Below, piece by piece: positions 62,088 to 64,000 of a stretch of DNA of 64,000 bases (position 1 is the stretch's first letter; the number at the start of each line of letters is the position of its first letter). Below the pieces are notes generated by a model. That model saw only the letters and a list, made by a program, of their open reading frames with translations. It made no database searches and was not told the DNA's origin. Source of the DNA: Parcubacteria group bacterium. GTDB lineage: Bacteria; Patescibacteriota; Patescibacteriia; UBA2169. The DNA lies in NCBI GenBank assembly GCA_016181765.1, contig JACOYR010000001.1:157062-221061 (forward strand), in the 5' to 3' direction. Both the position numbers and the translations under genes were made by a program.

Positions 62088-64000
62088 CTAACACTTGGAA
62101 TACCCGCAGCTCCGGCACAGTTGGCACCCTTCGCCCATTTCAAGCACGCCCCCGCACTGCGGGCACTCGGGCGCGTGGCCATGGTCCGCCATTGAGGTGG
62201 AAGCTGCGTGAGTGCCGTGCGCCGCGGCGCCATGATGCAAGGCAAGTTGGGTCTGCTCGCCCCTGATGTGGCGTTCCAGAACTTTTGCGATAGCGTCCGG
62301 AAGCGAAAGAATCTTGTCACCGTTCGTGCCGAAGCTGGGCATGGGCCCGCGGATGCCTTTGAGCTGGGTAATCACGGCTTCCGCAGCAATGCCGCTGCGC
62401 AAGGCAAGGGACGCAAGCCTGCACACGGCTTCCGATTTCGCGTTAAAGAATCCGCCTGCCTTGCCGATTTGCGCGAACACCTCAAACGGCGCGCCGTCCT
62501 CTCCTTCGTTCACGGTCACGTACAAGGAGCCGTACGCGGTCTTTACCTTGTATGTCTTTCCGCTCACCACCTCGGGCCGCGCCTTGGGCTCGCGGTGCGG
62601 CGTTGCTGCTTCGGTATGCGCCTGTTCCTGTTTTTTCGCGGATGCATCCAATGATTCAAGCACTGAAACATCACGGGAGTTCTCCCGAAAATAGGTTACG
62701 CCCTTGCACCCGAGCTCGTACGCTTTTAGGTATAACTCTTTCACGTCCTCGTGCGTATGGTTCTCGGGCGCGTTCACGGTCTTTGATATTGAGGCATCGG
62801 TGTACTTCTGGATGACTGCCTGCATGGTAACATGCTCCAAGGGAGTGAGCTGCTTGGCATTCACAAAGTAATCCGGAACCGGCTCCCCGGGGTGCTGTTC
62901 TAGGTACTCCTTATACATCTGGTGGTACACAATATGCTCGCCAATCCGGTCCTTTCGCTTAAACGAAAAATCGTACACCGGCTCAATGCCGGAAGAAACC
63001 CCTGCCAAGAGGCTCGTGGTTCCGGTCGGAGCCTGGGTTTGGAGAACGCCGTTGCGAATGCCATACTGCTCAATACTTGTCCGAATATCCTCGGGAAGGC
63101 GCTGAATGTAGACGCCCTGCAGGTACTTCTCTTTATCAAAATCCGGAAACGATCCTTTTTCGCGGGCAATCTCAACGGACGCGCGGTAGGATTCGTCCCG
63201 GATAAACCGGTACACCTGCTCCGCGAGCGCGAGAGCCTCGCCGCTGCCGTAGCGGACCTTGAGCTTAATGAGGAAATCCCCGAGCCCCATGGTGCCCAAG
63301 CCGGTCCGGCGCACGTTCATCTGCGCCCTGCGGTTCTCTTCGTACGCATACGGAGTCGCGTCCACCACGTTGTCCGCGAACCGCATGGCAATGCGGACTG
63401 CCTTTCCCAAAGCTTCCCAGTCAACCGTGTTGTCGTCTCTGGCGAACGGCACCAAATTGATGGCCCCTAAATTGCACACGCCCCACGCGGGCAAAGGCTG
63501 CTCCCCGCACGGGTTCACGCTGATGATGTCCTCAAAATACCAGGTATTGGATTCCTTATTGCAGCGCTCCATGAACACGCACCCGGGCTCTCCTGATGCG
63601 TGCGCTGATTCGGTGATGAGATCCCAGAGTTTCGCGGCTCTGACCGTCTTGAACACCTTACCGTCCCACTTGAGATCCCAATCCGCATCGCGCGCAACGG
63701 CGTCCATAAAGCGGTCCGAGACGCACACCGAGAGGTTGGCGTTCGTAATCTGGCCCATCTGGCGCTTGACGGTGATGAATTCCTCAACGTCCGGATGGTC
63801 GTCGTTGATCATGAGCATCAGGGCTCCTCTCCGGCTTCCGCCCTGCTCAATCAAGCCCGTCACGAACGAGTACAAAGCGCCGAACGAAACCGCGCCCGAA
63901 GCGCGCCCGTTCACGCCTTTTACGTACGCGCCGCGCGGGCGCAGTGAAGACAGGTTGACGCCCACCCCGCCGCCGCGCGCCATAATCTCCATCATAGTGG
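62088..64000 (-). CDS. nrdJ: Adenosylcobalamin-dependent (class II) ribonucleotide reductase, N-terminally truncated by the window edge
   Basis: Active-site region SVNPCGEQPLP. Thiyl-radical Cys and the redox pair are present. C-terminal zinc ribbon CPQCGGVLEMGEGCQLCRSCGY. The ORF is open to the window end. Confidence 0.85.
   Translation of the reverse strand, partial: TMMEIMARGGGVGVNLSSLRPRGAYVKGVNGRASGAVSFGALYSFVTGLIEQGGSRRGALMLMINDDHPDVEEFITVKRQMGQITNANLSVCVSDRFMDAVARDADWDLKWDGKVFKTVRAAKLWDLITESAHASGEPGCVFMERCNKESNTWYFEDIISVNPCGEQPLPAWGVCNLGAINLVPFARDDNTVDWEALGKAVRIAMRFADNVVDATPYAYEENRRAQMNVRRTGLGTMGLGDFLIKLKVRYGSGEALALAEQVYRFIRDESYRASVEIAREKGSFPDFDKEKYLQGVYIQRLPEDIRTSIEQYGIRNGVLQTQAPTGTTSLLAGVSSGIEPVYDFSFKRKDRIGEHIVYHQMYKEYLEQHPGEPVPDYFVNAKQLTPLEHVTMQAVIQKYTDASISKTVNAPENHTHEDVKELYLKAYELGCKGVTYFRENSRDVSVLESLDASAKKQEQAHTEAATPHREPKARPEVVSGKTYKVKTAYGSLYVTVNEGEDGAPFEVFAQIGKAGGFFNAKSEAVCRLASLALRSGIAAEAVITQLKGIRGPMPSFGTNGDKILSLPDAIAKVLERHIRGEQTQLALHHGAAAHGTHAASTSMADHGHAPECPQCGGVLEMGEGCQLCRSCGYSKC

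Noticed and set aside
1-64000. CRISPR arrays, rRNA genes, transposases and integrases
   Set aside because: There are no regularly spaced repeats with spacers. No transposase, integrase or recombinase-like ORFs were seen. No rRNA-like stretches were seen.

Overview
This 64-kb window is dominated by a single large locus on the minus strand (about 1 to 39.4 kb) that encodes biosynthesis and decoration of a cell-envelope glycan. Seen directly in the sequence, it contains:
- an MsbA-like ABC exporter;
- an LtaS/sulfatase-like membrane transferase;
- several GT4 and GT2 glycosyltransferases, a GtrA-like flippase and a large polytopic GT-C-like membrane protein;
- WecB, a DegT-type sugar aminotransferase, an NAD-dependent sugar epimerase/dehydratase and an AsnB-type amidotransferase;
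- four SAM methyltransferases;
- a Wzy_C/O-antigen-ligase-like protein carrying TPR repeats.

Two unusual modules are embedded in this locus. The first (about 4.9 to 11.6 kb) looks like a pathway for a CDP-activated alditol- or cyclitol-phosphate head group. It encodes:
- a nucleotidyltransferase fused to a DHQS-like sugar-phosphate-cyclase domain;
- a second nucleotidyltransferase fused to a TylF-type O-methyltransferase;
- a kinase-like domain fused to a methyltransferase;
- an APH/choline-kinase-like kinase;
- a Zn-dependent alcohol dehydrogenase;
- a CDP-alcohol phosphotransferase.

The second module (about 14.1 to 19.9 kb) resembles a Dlt/Alg-type O-acylation cassette in which the usual D-alanine ligase is replaced by a glyceryl-ACP loading system. 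It encodes:
- an FkbH-like HAD loading enzyme (with an apparent frameshift);
- an acyl carrier protein;
- AcpS;
- a MaoC dehydratase;
- an SDR reductase;
- a DltD-like protein;
- an AlgI/DltB-type MBOAT.

Directly downstream of the locus is a 1355-aa secreted protein rich in Thr, Ser and Gly. It has a long structured leader and a strong bidirectional terminator, and is followed by an ECF sigma / anti-sigma pair.

The remaining genes, in order, are:
- small hypothetical membrane proteins and a TrmB-family regulator;
- a patch of visibly higher GC containing small Cys-rich and overlapping ORFs;
- an RRM RNA-binding protein and a GerMN protein;
- clpB and dsbB;
- an apparently frameshifted thioredoxin/CcdA-like gene.

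At the right end, a cobalamin riboswitch on the minus strand sits in front of a four-gene surface-protein operon (a protein with prenyltransferase/squalene-oxidase repeats, a DUF4430-like protein and a small membrane protein). This lies directly downstream of a partial B12-dependent class II ribonucleotide reductase gene (nrdJ).

A partial ORF of about 494 codons on the minus strand at the left edge (1..1482) is absent from the supplied ORF track because it runs off the window. No CRISPR array, rRNA or convincing tRNA was seen. The organism is unknown. The gene content (ECF sigma/anti-sigma, a giant Thr-rich surface protein, many fused enzymes) is compatible with an uncultivated lineage, but this is inference.
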